Below, piece after piece: positions 7,338-15,805 of a stretch of 26,642 nucleotides of DNA. A program made the position numbers and the translations under genes. The notes beneath the pieces are model-generated. The model saw nothing but the letters and a program-made list of their open reading frames with translations, was not told where the DNA came from and did not search any database. The stretch spans positions 1 through 26,642 of the forward strand of contig CAZLQO010000001.1 of assembly GCA_964561955.1 (NCBI GenBank), in the 5' to 3' direction. Source of the stretch: Candidatus Woesearchaeota archaeon. Its GTDB lineage: Archaea; Nanobdellota; Nanobdellia; Pacearchaeales; GW2011-AR1. Every line of letters begins with the position of its first letter. Positions within the stretch are counted from its first letter, which is position 1.

Positions 7338-8144
7338 TTATTTAACTTGTTTGAAGTTTTTCCATGCTATTTCGAAAAGTTGTTCTAATGCTTGTGCGAA
7401 GAATTCTGTGTTTAGCCAGACTCCGACGTCGTAGGTTGGGTGGATGTCTCCGTCGTCTAGAAGCATAAACATTAGTTGTTCGCCGTCAACTATCATAAAT
7501 CGTGCTTTTAGTGATTCGACATTTCTTACTTCGGCTACTTTTGAGAAATCTTTTGCGACTTGTTTGTTTTCTTCTGTTATTGGGGCGGCGATTCTGATTG
7601 TTACGCCCCTCTTTTTTGCTTTTTCTAATGAGGGTAGTAGTACTTCGAGTTTTCGGCTTAGTCCGTCTGCGGTTGTTACGAGTGTGATGGTGTTTTGTGC
7701 TTCTCTTACTAACATATCGAGATGGTTGTGGATGTTTTGTCGGCCTTTTAGTGCTCCAGATAGGTTTGATGGTTCTATGTATTTAATCCCGTCTGTGAAA
7801 AGTCCGCTTAGTTCTTCGAGGACGTCGTTGCCCTTTAGTTTTTCTAGTCTTTTTGATTTTTCATTTGCTGTGATTACGAGGTTCTTTTTTACTCGTTCGA
7901 TTACTTCTTCGGGTTTTAGTGCTATGAATTTGATTGGTTTGCCGAGTTTCATGACTATGAAACCTTTTTTTTCTAATGATTCTAAGATGTCGTATGTTCG
8001 GGAGCGTGGGACGTCAGAGATTGATGATAATTCGCCGGCGGTTGATGTTCCTCTGGATAGGAGTGCGGTCCAAACTTTTACCTCGTAAAGATTGAGGTCG
8101 AATATTTTTCTTAGTCGGCTTAAAAATTCCTCTTTGACAATCAT
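7338..8144 (-). CDS. TrmB-family transcriptional regulator
   Basis: LNLYEVKVWTALL...VPRSRTYDILESLEKKG winged HTH; C-terminal ARFMIVDG domain. Confidence 0.92.
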   Translation of the reverse strand: MIVKEEFLSRLRKIFDLNLYEVKVWTALLSRGTSTAGELSSISDVPRSRTYDILESLEKKGFIVMKLGKPIKFIALKPEEVIERVKKNLVITANEKSKRLEKLKGNDVLEELSGLFTDGIKYIEPSNLSGALKGRQNIHNHLDMLVREAQNTITLVTTADGLSRKLEVLLPSLEKAKKRGVTIRIAAPITEENKQVAKDFSKVAEVRNVESLKARFMIVDGEQLMFMLLDDGDIHPTYDVGVWLNTEFFAQALEQLFEIAWKNFKQVK

Positions 8145-8228
8145 AATAGTTTTAATGTTGAATAGTATTTAAATGTTTCTTCAGATTGTTTCGGTAATGA
8201 GGAGTGAAAACTTTTTTTGTCGACGCTG

Positions 8229-11099
8229 TTAAATTTTGTTGAATTTAATGAAGAAGGCTTTGTTTTTTATTTTTCCTTCTTCGGAGTGACTAAACTTTTT
8301 GTTAGATTTGCTTAGTGAAATTGTTTTTGCACCGACTCTTTCTTGGATTAAATCTATTTGAGATTTTAGGTTGTTGTTGAAATCTGAGGATATTTCTAAT
8401 TCGATAAAGTCTGATTTGACGAGCCCTGCTTTTTTTCTTAGGCTTTGAATTTTTCTGGAGATTTCTCTTGCGAATCCTTCGTCTTCGAGTTCGGGGGTTA
8501 TTTTTGTGTCGAGGGCTACTGTTATCTCTTCGTTGGTTTTGAAATTTTTGATTTCGATGTCTTTGATGTTGAGTTGGTCTTTTATTATTTCTTTAAGTTC
8601 TTTGTCTATTTTGATTGGGGCTTTGATTTGAGCCTTTGCTAGTGGCCATTTTAAACTGATTTGTTTTTTGTCTCTTTCTCTTAATCCTTGGGAGACAATC
8701 CATCTTGTGATTCTTATGTCATCTGTGATTTCTTCATTTATTAATTTTTTATTTGTCTTTGGATATTTTTCTAAGTGGACGGATTTGTCTTTGCCGTTTA
8801 GGTCTTGGTAAATTTTTTCTGTTGCGAATGGGAGAATTGGGGCTAGGATTTTTGTTATTTTTTCGAGGACGTATCTTAGGGTTTTTCTTGCGGATTCGTC
8901 GTTGTTATTAAACCTGTCTCGTGAGTTTCGGATGTACCATGTCGAGAGGTCGTTGATGTATTCTTTGATGGAGGAGCAGGCTTTTACTGTGTTGTATTTT
9001 TCGAGGGCTTCTTGGACGATTGAGTTTAGTTCTTCGGTTTTTGAGATTATCCATTTGTCCATTAAGTTGTTTGATTTTTTGTAGACTTTGTCGTTTTTTT
9101 GTTTGTAGTCTTGGTAGAAGCTTGAGATGTTGTATAAGAGGACGGTGATTTTTTTGTAGGTTTCTTCTAAACCTTTTTCTGAGAAGTTTAAATTTTCTGC
9201 GTTCATGACTGGGGACGCTAATAGGTAGAATCTTAAAGTGTCGGCGCCGTATTTGTTTATGACTTCTAGTGGGTCTGGGTAATTTTGTAGTGACTTTGAC
9301 ATTTTTTTCCCGTCTTCTGCGAGGATTGTTCCAGTTGTTAGGACGTTCTCGAATGGGATTTTGTCGAAGAGAATTGCGGATAGCGTTATCATGTAATAAA
9401 ACCATGCTCGTGTTTGCCCAATGTATTCTGTTACGAATTGGGCTGGGAAGTTTTTTTCGAAGTATACTTTATTCTCGAATGGGTAGTGAAATTGTGCGAA
9501 AGTCATTGAGCCGGATTCGAACCAGCAGTCGAGAACTTCTGGAATTCTTGTGTATTCTTCGTTGTCTATTTTTAGTTTTATATTGTCCAATGTATCTTTG
9601 TGCAAATCGGTTATTTTTTTGTTTGTTAGAGAGTTTATTTCTTTGATTGAACCTACGACTTTTATTTTTCCCGATGGTGATTTCCATATTGGGATTGCGG
9701 TTGCCCAGTATCGGTTTCGTGTTATGTTCCAATCTGGGGCGGTTGAGATATTGTGTTGCATTCGACCTTCTTTGAGGTGTTCGGGGAACCAGTTTATTTT
9801 GAGGTTTAGTTTTAGGAGTTTGTCTTTGATTTTTTGGATGTCGACGAACCACGCTGGAAGGGCTCGGTAAATTAATTTGGTGTCGCATCGGTAGCAGAAT
9901 GGGTATTCGTGTTCTTCTTTTCTTGAGGAGATTGCTTTGTTTGCTTTTTTTAGGTCGATGACTATTTGTTCATTTGTGTCGTGGACTAATTGTCCTTTGT
10001 ATTCTTTTATTTCTTTTGTGAATTTCCCGTTGTCATCTACTGGCTGTACCATTGGAATTTTATATTCTCGGCAGATTGCGTTGTCGTCTTCGCCGAATGC
10101 TGGTGCGGTGTGGACGATTCCGGTTCCTTCTTCGGCTGTTACGAAATTTCCTAATATGAATTTGAATGAGTTTGGGTTGTCTTTGAAGTAAGGAAAGAGT
10201 GGTTCGTATTTTTGGTTTTCTAGTTCTTTTCCTTTTATTTCTTTTGTGATTTCGTATTCGTCTTTGGATTTGTAGAATTTTTTTATTAGGTCTTTTGCTA
10301 GGAGGTAGGTGTTGCCGTCGTCTTTGTCTTTGACATATGCGTATGTTAGTTTTGGGTTGACTGTTAGTGCGAGGTTTGAGGGGAGGGTCCATGGGGTTGT
10401 TGTCCAGGCGAGTGCGTAAATATTTCCTTCGGAAATATTTCGCTTGTCGCTTGTCGCTTGTCGCTTGTCGCTGTTGGTTAGTTTGAATTTTACAGTTATC
10501 GTTAAGTCTTTGATTATTTTGTAGGAGTTATCCATTGCGATTTCAGATTTTGCTAGAGGGGTTGCGCAGTGTGGGCAGTACATTAGGATTTTTTCGCCTT
10601 CATATAGGTAGCCTTTTTCGTAGAGTTGTTTGAATGCCCACCAGACTGATTCGATGTAATTGTTGTCCATTGTTTTATAGCCTCCTTGCCAGTCTACCCA
10701 TCGACCTATTCTGTCGATTTGTTTTTCCCATTCTTTTGCGTATGAGAGAACTTTTGACCGGCAGTAATCATTGAATTTCTTTATTCCCATTTTTTCGATT
10801 CCGTCTTTTGATTTTATTCCGAGTTCTTTTTCGGCGATTGATTCTATTGGAAGTCCGTGGCAGTCCCAGCCCCAGTTTCGCTTGACGTATCGGCCTTGCA
10901 TTGTGAAAAATCTTGGGAATGTGTCTTTTAGGAATGAAGGAAGAAAGCTTCCGTAGTGTGGAAGTCCGGTTGCGAAGGGTGGGCCATCGTAGAAGATGTA
11001 GGGCTTGCCTTTTTCTGTTTGTTTTAATGATTTTTCAAATGTCTTGTCTTTCTTCCAGAATTTTAGAATTTCGTCTTCCGTTTCTGAGATGGATGTCAT
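8229..11099 (-). CDS. ileS: Isoleucine--tRNA ligase (archaeal/eukaryote type)
   Basis: DGPPFATGLPHYG, GWDCHGLP, WTTTPWTL, GTGIVH and KMSKS motifs. Confidence 0.98.
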   Translation of the reverse strand: MTSISETEDEILKFWKKDKTFEKSLKQTEKGKPYIFYDGPPFATGLPHYGSFLPSFLKDTFPRFFTMQGRYVKRNWGWDCHGLPIESIAEKELGIKSKDGIEKMGIKKFNDYCRSKVLSYAKEWEKQIDRIGRWVDWQGGYKTMDNNYIESVWWAFKQLYEKGYLYEGEKILMYCPHCATPLAKSEIAMDNSYKIIKDLTITVKFKLTNSDKRQATSDKRNISEGNIYALAWTTTPWTLPSNLALTVNPKLTYAYVKDKDDGNTYLLAKDLIKKFYKSKDEYEITKEIKGKELENQKYEPLFPYFKDNPNSFKFILGNFVTAEEGTGIVHTAPAFGEDDNAICREYKIPMVQPVDDNGKFTKEIKEYKGQLVHDTNEQIVIDLKKANKAISSRKEEHEYPFCYRCDTKLIYRALPAWFVDIQKIKDKLLKLNLKINWFPEHLKEGRMQHNISTAPDWNITRNRYWATAIPIWKSPSGKIKVVGSIKEINSLTNKKITDLHKDTLDNIKLKIDNEEYTRIPEVLDCWFESGSMTFAQFHYPFENKVYFEKNFPAQFVTEYIGQTRAWFYYMITLSAILFDKIPFENVLTTGTILAEDGKKMSKSLQNYPDPLEVINKYGADTLRFYLLASPVMNAENLNFSEKGLEETYKKITVLLYNISSFYQDYKQKNDKVYKKSNNLMDKWIISKTEELNSIVQEALEKYNTVKACSSIKEYINDLSTWYIRNSRDRFNNNDESARKTLRYVLEKITKILAPILPFATEKIYQDLNGKDKSVHLEKYPKTNKKLINEEITDDIRITRWIVSQGLRERDKKQISLKWPLAKAQIKAPIKIDKELKEIIKDQLNIKDIEIKNFKTNEEITVALDTKITPELEDEGFAREISRKIQSLRKKAGLVKSDFIELEISSDFNNNLKSQIDLIQERVGAKTISLSKSNKKFSHSEEGKIKNKAFFIKFNKI
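10440..10474 (+). repeat. In-frame heptamer array (TCGCTTG)4 in ileS
   Basis: Four perfect units plus TCGCTGT; coding strand gives SDKRQATSDKR. Confidence 0.95.
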
Positions 11100-11142
11100 A
11101 GTTTGGTTTAGGGAGAAGGATATTTAAGATTATTGAATAGGG

Positions 11143-11361
11143 TTATTTTTTGGATTGTGAGAGTTTGCCGATATAGAGTGTTGCGAGGACTGCGATTATT
11201 GTGACGAGGACTGCGTATGTAAGCATTGCTATAATTGAGCTTTGTTCGCCGAAGATTTGTTTGAAGATTCCTTGGATTGCGGAGTTCCAGGCGAGGGCGG
11301 CGATAAGTCCGAATGCTCCGGTTATTAGTGTTGCGAATTTTTCGGTTACTTCGTTTCTCAT
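11143..11361 (-). CDS. Small membrane protein, DUF5654-like
   Basis: TLITGAFGLIAALAWNSAIQ...YAVLVTIIAV pattern recognised from memory. Confidence 0.8.
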   Translation of the reverse strand: MRNEVTEKFATLITGAFGLIAALAWNSAIQGIFKQIFGEQSSIIAMLTYAVLVTIIAVLATLYIGKLSQSKK

Positions 11362-11373
11362 AGATTATTAGAG

Positions 11374-12159
11374 TTAAGTGTTCTTTAAATATTCTTCTTC
11401 TATGTGATTGAGTTTTGCTGGGATAATTAGACAGAATGGAAGCTTTATTCGCTGTTCGCTGTTCGCTGTTCGCTTGTCGCTTGTCGCTTGTCGCTTGTCG
11501 CTTTTGAGATTTTCTGGAGTATCGTAGAATATTTTTTGGTTGTTGGTTCCGGCGTTTGAGATTGCGATGATTTTTTGTTTTAGGGGAATTGATTCGTTTA
11601 ACTGATTGATTGCTTCTTTGATTTCGAGTCCGATGTCGGTTAGGATTAGGGTGTGGGCTTGGATTGATTGGTTTTGTTTGATTACGTCGGCGAAGGATTT
11701 TGGTTTGTTGGTGTGTTCTTTCCAATTTGGCATTGATGTTGTTTTGCCGAATTTGTAGAGGGAGAGTCCGGTTTCAGCGACGGTTGTTAGGATTGATGCG
11801 TTGTGGAAGATTTTGTAGGGGATGTTTTGTTTTTTGGCTGCGAGGATTAGTTGGATGTGGGTTGTTGCTGAGAGGGCGTCGCCGTAGATCAGGAGGGCTA
11901 TGTTTTTTGTTTTGGCTTCTTTTATTATTTGTTCGGATTCTAGTTTTTGTCTGTCTATTGGCTCGGCGTTTATTTTTTTGATGTCGTAGGGGAAGTTTAC
12001 TGTGTAGTTTTCGAGGTAGATTTTGTCTGATTGGTTTATGGCTTCTTGAGCTTCGGCTGTTAGTGAGTTTTGGTTCATTCCTAGTCCGATTAAAAAAAGG
12101 TTGCCTTTTTTTGATGCTTGTCGCTGGTCGCTTGTCGCTGGTCGCTTGTTTTGTTTCAT
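11374..12159 (-). CDS. dph5: Diphthine synthase (diphthamide methyltransferase)
   Basis: LFLIGLG, IYLENYT, LLIYGDALSATTH, HNASI, GLSLYKFGKTTS and HTLILTDI; ATG at 12159 overlaps the upstream TGA. Confidence 0.93.
   Translation of the reverse strand: MKQNKRPATSDQRQASKKGNLFLIGLGMNQNSLTAEAQEAINQSDKIYLENYTVNFPYDIKKINAEPIDRQKLESEQIIKEAKTKNIALLIYGDALSATTHIQLILAAKKQNIPYKIFHNASILTTVAETGLSLYKFGKTTSMPNWKEHTNKPKSFADVIKQNQSIQAHTLILTDIGLEIKEAINQLNESIPLKQKIIAISNAGTNNQKIFYDTPENLKSDKRQATSDKRTANSEQRIKLPFCLIIPAKLNHIEEEYLKNT
11449..11504 (+). repeat. Compound in-frame heptamer array near the dph5 3' end
   Basis: (TCGCTGT)3(TCGCTTG)4 TCGCTTT; coding strand gives KSDKRQATSDKRTANSEQR. Confidence 0.95.
12114..12148 (+). 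repeat. In-frame heptamer array at the dph5 N-terminus
   Basis: ATGCTTG TCGCTGG TCGCTTG TCGCTGG TCGCTTG; encodes KRPATSDQRQAS. Confidence 0.92.
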
Positions 12160-12302
12160 GGTTTTTTTTCTGGGAAGGCGATTGATTCGAATCCGCAGTC
12201 TTGTCATTTATGTGTTGCTATGAATCCCAGTACCGATTCTCCCACTGAGGGCTTGTATTCTATATTCGTTGATTTGCATTTTGGGCAGTATTTTGTTTTC
12301 AT
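12156..12302 (-). other. Small Zn-ribbon ORF with an in-frame TGA (read-through, pseudogene or sequence error)
   Basis: MKTKYCPKCKSTNIEYKPSVGESVLGFIATHK*QDCGFESIAFPEKKP*; internal TGA at 12206-12204. Confidence 0.7.
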
Positions 12303-12511
12303 GATTTGTGCCAGGTTAGGGTTGTGATGAATGTGAAGGTTAGGGTTAGGGCGATTGTTTTGTTTGTTGTGTAGGTTATTGCGGTGGCTATTGCTATTAT
12401 CCATAGTATTACTGGGAAGTATTTTGTGTAGATTGGTTTTTCGTCTTTTGTTGTTTTTGCTAGGGCTATTCCTAGGGGGATTGCTAGGAGGAGGGTTAGG
12501 TATTCTATCAT
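12299..12511 (-). CDS. Small membrane protein (70 aa)
   Basis: Three hydrophobic segments; TATA-like box 21 nt upstream; stop overlaps the next ATG (ATGA). Confidence 0.8.
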   Translation of the reverse strand: MIEYLTLLLAIPLGIALAKTTKDEKPIYTKYFPVILWIIAIATAITYTTNKTIALTLTFTFITTLTWHKS

Positions 12512-12547
12512 AGGGTTTTTAAGTGGTGGATGTTATTAAATGTTATG
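12503..12547. repeat. Left copy of a 45-bp direct repeat (bidirectional promoter)
   Basis: TTCTATCATAGGGTTTTTAAGTGGTGGATGTTATTAAATGTTATG; 44/45 identical to 13982-14026. Confidence 0.95.
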
Positions 12548-12568
12548 GGATTTGAAAGAGAATAATAT

Positions 12569-13462
12569 TTGAAGGACATTGAAAAAGAGGAGAAGAATTT
12601 TTTAAAGGCGCCGCTTTATCTTTATGGTACAGAGGCAATTGGTTCTTATTATCGTCTTTTGAATTTGAAGGGGAAGTCGGTTTTGACTGTTAATGGTTCG
12701 GGTGACCAGGTTTTGAATGCTTATTTTTTTGGGGCTAAGAAAGTTATTGGTTTTGATTTAGTTAAGAATACGAAGTATTTGCTTGATTTGAAAATGTCTG
12801 CGATTAAGAATCTTAGTCGTTTAGAGTTTTTGTCTTTTTTTGGAGACATAAAAGATTTAGGAGATTTTGATTATGATACTTATTGTTCTTTAGAAAAAGA
12901 TTTAGAAAAAGAATCGGCTGAGTTTTTTCAGGAACTTTTTAAGAATTATAATTTTGATGGGAGTAGATTAATTAATTCGGATGATTTTAGAAAAAGGAAG
13001 GAATTTTATGGGAAGCTTTTTGTAGTAAATCCTTTTTTGGCTAGTGATGCGAATTATCGTAAAATTCGAAAATCTTTGGGGGATGTAAAAATGAAATTTG
13101 TCAAATCAGATATTTATGATATTCATAATGTTGTTAAAGAGAAGTTTGATTTTATTAATTTATCTAATGTTTTGAATTATATTTCTAAGGATTTGGTGAA
13201 GAGAAATGTACGACAACCTTTGGAGGATATGTATGATAAGATTTTGATTAATTTGAAAAAGAAGCTTAATCCTAAGAAGGGGAGGATTTTTTATTATTCG
13301 TTTTATCGACGACCTCAGGAAATTGAAGATACTCCTTTAATTAATCAAGTGAAGAGTTTTGAGTGGATGAAATCTCGAGGTAATTTTGAGGTTTCAAAGA
13401 AGGATTTTGAGGGGATTTTGTTTGGGAGGGATTGGATTACTGTTTTGGAGAATAAAAAATGA
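12569..13462 (+). CDS. DUF3419/BtaA-like SAM-dependent transferase
   Basis: LYGTE, VLTVNGSGDQVLNA, VIGFDL...LLDLKMSAI and FDFINLSNVL; TTG start, with an in-frame ATG at 12545 cut off by TAA at 12563. Confidence 0.72.
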   Translation: MKDIEKEEKNFLKAPLYLYGTEAIGSYYRLLNLKGKSVLTVNGSGDQVLNAYFFGAKKVIGFDLVKNTKYLLDLKMSAIKNLSRLEFLSFFGDIKDLGDFDYDTYCSLEKDLEKESAEFFQELFKNYNFDGSRLINSDDFRKRKEFYGKLFVVNPFLASDANYRKIRKSLGDVKMKFVKSDIYDIHNVVKEKFDFINLSNVLNYISKDLVKRNVRQPLEDMYDKILINLKKKLNPKKGRIFYYSFYRRPQEIEDTPLINQVKSFEWMKSRGNFEVSKKDFEGILFGRDWITVLENKK

Positions 13463-13487
13463 GAGAGACATTTTGATTATTCTGTTT

Positions 13488-13961
13488 TTATTTTAGTTTT
13501 TTTTCCATGCCATGAGTTATTGTTTTGGTTTTTCCAATTCTCCAAATATAAGATTTATTAATTTTATATCCTTGTTTTAGGTAGAACTCTTTGGAGAATC
13601 TTAATGAGTATAAATGTATTTTTTTAATATCTTTTTTCTTGGCATATTCTTCGGCGAATTTTAATAGTTTGGTTCCGATTCTTTGATTGAGGAATTTTGG
13701 TTCAATATACAAACCGCCGATTTTAAATTTTCTTTTATATTTTTCGCCGAGGTATATTGTTCCGATTAATTTTTCTTTCTTAAAAGCACAGAACATTTCA
13801 AAATTTTTTATTTTTTCTTTAATTATTGATAAAGAGTTTTTTTCAATAAGTCCTTTCTTCTGTTCTGGAGTGTATTTGTTTATTTTTGCATTTAAGATGT
13901 TTCTTTTAATTAGGTTAGAAATTCTTTTTGCGTCTTTTAGGGTAGCTTTTTTGATTTTCAT
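13488..13961 (-). CDS. GNAT family N-acetyltransferase
   Basis: LYIEPKFLNQRIGTKLL acetyl-CoA motif A; EFYLKQGY motif B. Confidence 0.9.
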   Translation of the reverse strand: MKIKKATLKDAKRISNLIKRNILNAKINKYTPEQKKGLIEKNSLSIIKEKIKNFEMFCAFKKEKLIGTIYLGEKYKRKFKIGGLYIEPKFLNQRIGTKLLKFAEEYAKKKDIKKIHLYSLRFSKEFYLKQGYKINKSYIWRIGKTKTITHGMEKKLK

Positions 13962-13981
13962 TGTTATTTTTTAAGAATTTG

Positions 13982-14026
13982 TTCTATCATAGGGTTTTTA
14001 ATTGGTGGATGTTATTAAATGTTATG
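13982..14026. repeat. Right copy of the 45-bp direct repeat (bidirectional promoter)
   Basis: TTCTATCATAGGGTTTTTAATTGGTGGATGTTATTAAATGTTATG; single G/T difference from the left copy. Confidence 0.95.
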
Positions 14027-14827
14027 AAGTTAGTTGACGTGCATGCGCATTTGGAGCATCCGAGATTTGAAGGGGATTTGGATTCGGTGGTTGAAAGGTT
14101 TGTCGAGGCTGGCGGGGAGGTGATTGTTAGTAGTGGGGTTAATCCTGAGACGAATCGGAAGGCGTTGGAGTTGGCTGAGAAGTATGATTGTGTCAAGGTT
14201 AGTTTTGGTTTATATCCGATTGATGCTTTGGCTAAGGAGGTTGAGAATTCTAGTGAGTTTTTGAGGGAGATTGAGGAGTTTGATGTTGATGAGGAGTTGG
14301 GTTGGATTGAGGAGCATAAGAACGATTGTGTTGCGATTGGTGAGGTTGGGTTGGATTATAATTGGAAGGAGTTTCAGAGTGATGAAATGCGTGAGAAACA
14401 GAAGGAGGTTTTTCGGAAGGTGTTGAGGTTGGCTAAGAAGATAGATAAGTGTGTGGTTGTTCATTCTCGGAAGGCTGAATCTGATGCTGTGGATATTTTG
14501 GAGTCTGAGAAAATAGAGAAGGTTGTGATGCATTGTTTTAATGGGCGGAAGAGTTTGATTCGGCGGGGGGTTGAGAATGGGTGGTTTTTTTCGGTGCCGC
14601 CTGTGATTGTTAGGCTTGAGCATTTTAAGATGTTGGTTGAGATGGTTCCGTTGGGGCAGTTACTTACTGAGACTGATGCTCCTTATTTGTCGCCGGTTGT
14701 TGGGGAGAGGAATGAGTCGGCTAATGTTTTGGTTACTTTGAAGGAGATTGCGAGGATTAAGGGGGTTAGTGTTGAGGAGGTTGGTGATTCTGTTTTTGAG
14801 AATTTTAGTTTGTTGTTTGGGGTTTGA
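14024..14827 (+). CDS. tatD: TatD family nuclease
   Basis: DVHAHL, IGEVGLDY, VVHSR, MHCF and LTETDAPYL motifs. Confidence 0.95.
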   Translation: MKLVDVHAHLEHPRFEGDLDSVVERFVEAGGEVIVSSGVNPETNRKALELAEKYDCVKVSFGLYPIDALAKEVENSSEFLREIEEFDVDEELGWIEEHKNDCVAIGEVGLDYNWKEFQSDEMREKQKEVFRKVLRLAKKIDKCVVVHSRKAESDAVDILESEKIEKVVMHCFNGRKSLIRRGVENGWFFSVPPVIVRLEHFKMLVEMVPLGQLLTETDAPYLSPVVGERNESANVLVTLKEIARIKGVSVEEVGDSVFENFSLLFGV

Positions 14828-14864
14828 GTTTTTACTTGTATTGGTGTTTTAGCTTGTGTTGGGT

Positions 14865-14960
14865 GCTACGGAATGTGGTTTGCTTCGCAGAACTTTCGCA
14901 AACACGCTGATGCGCTCACATTACTGGTTTGGTAATGCCACAGGGGGGATGTGGGCGTAC
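14865..14960. other. Structured GC-rich intergenic element between convergent genes
   Basis: TGTG/CACA closing stem enclosing GTTTGC/GCAAAC and CATTAC/GTAATG hairpins; outer TACG/CGTA. Confidence 0.5.
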
Positions 14961-14963
14961 GGG

Positions 14964-15698
14964 TTATTTTGCGATTTTCCAGACTTCGTTGAAGTAGGTT
15001 CTCATTGTGTTTGCTATGTTTTGGGAATGGATTAAGATTCCGGTGATGTTTGGGTGCCATGAGACAATTAGAACTTTGTCGGTTAGGATGTCGATGTTCC
15101 CCGGGATTGGGAAGTCGACGAATTTCATTTTTAAAAATTTGGCTTGTTTTGCGAACCAAGATTTTTTATAGTTCTTGTTTACGATTCCTCGGTTTTTGAG
15201 ATTTTTTGATAAGTCGGATATGCTTTTGTAAAAGAGATCGAATTGTTCGGAGTATTCTTGTTTGTATAGATTGAAGAATAGTATTTCTTCTTTGGCGGAG
15301 TTTTTTATTAGTTTTTCGTAGGCTGATTTTAATCCTTTTATTCCGAGGAAAACTTCTGCTTCTTGGTTTTGTTTGCCTTGTTGGATGTTTTCTATTTTTG
15401 TTAGGATATTTTTTAGTGCGACTTTTTGTTTTGAGATTTCGGTTTCTTTTTTTTCTAGGTATTCTATGAGGGTTGCTGGTGGTGCGGCTTGGAAATGTTT
15501 TGTTTTGTTTTTGGTTATGAAGCTGACGATTCCTTTGTCGATTAGTCGGTTTAGGATGTCGTAGATGTTTGAGTATGCGACTTTTGATTCTTTTACGATT
15601 GGTCCGACTGTTGATGAGCCTAGTTTTGATAGGGCGAGGTATACTTTTGCTTCGCCTTCGGTTAGTCCGATTTTTAGTAGTTCGTATGTTTCGTTCAT
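14964..15698 (-). CDS. TrmB-like HTH transcriptional regulator
   Basis: IGLTEGEAKVYLAL...SNIYDILNRLIDKG; EAEVFLGIKGLKSAY. Confidence 0.9.
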   Translation of the reverse strand: MNETYELLKIGLTEGEAKVYLALSKLGSSTVGPIVKESKVAYSNIYDILNRLIDKGIVSFITKNKTKHFQAAPPATLIEYLEKKETEISKQKVALKNILTKIENIQQGKQNQEAEVFLGIKGLKSAYEKLIKNSAKEEILFFNLYKQEYSEQFDLFYKSISDLSKNLKNRGIVNKNYKKSWFAKQAKFLKMKFVDFPIPGNIDILTDKVLIVSWHPNITGILIHSQNIANTMRTYFNEVWKIAK

Positions 15699-15805
15699 AG
15701 ATGAGTTATTTGTTTTGTGTATAAAAATGTTTCTGTTGTATACCCTGTGCGGGGGAGGAGGTTGTTATAAGGGGGGGTTTTGTTGGAATGTTAGGAGAAA
15801 ATAAA

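Noticed and set aside
12204-12206. Genome-wide UGA reassignment
   Set aside because: TGA terminates several genes here (e.g. tatD, korA, acs, 3778-3780), including ATGA overlaps.
11374-13462. Functional link between dph5 and the BtaA-like gene (both relate to aminocarboxypropyl chemistry)
   Set aside because: The DUF3419-like gene lies in a recently inserted island and is transcribed divergently, so adjacency is better explained by the insertion site.
12503-14026. Classical IS element or integrated virus
   Set aside because: There is no transposase, integrase or terminal inverted repeat, and a 45-bp repeat is far longer than usual IS target duplications. Kept only as an island of unknown mechanism.
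14850-14965. 5S rRNA in the tatD-trmB spacer
   Set aside because: Loop C-like and loop E-like words occur in the wrong order, and no helix I-V arrangement could be built.
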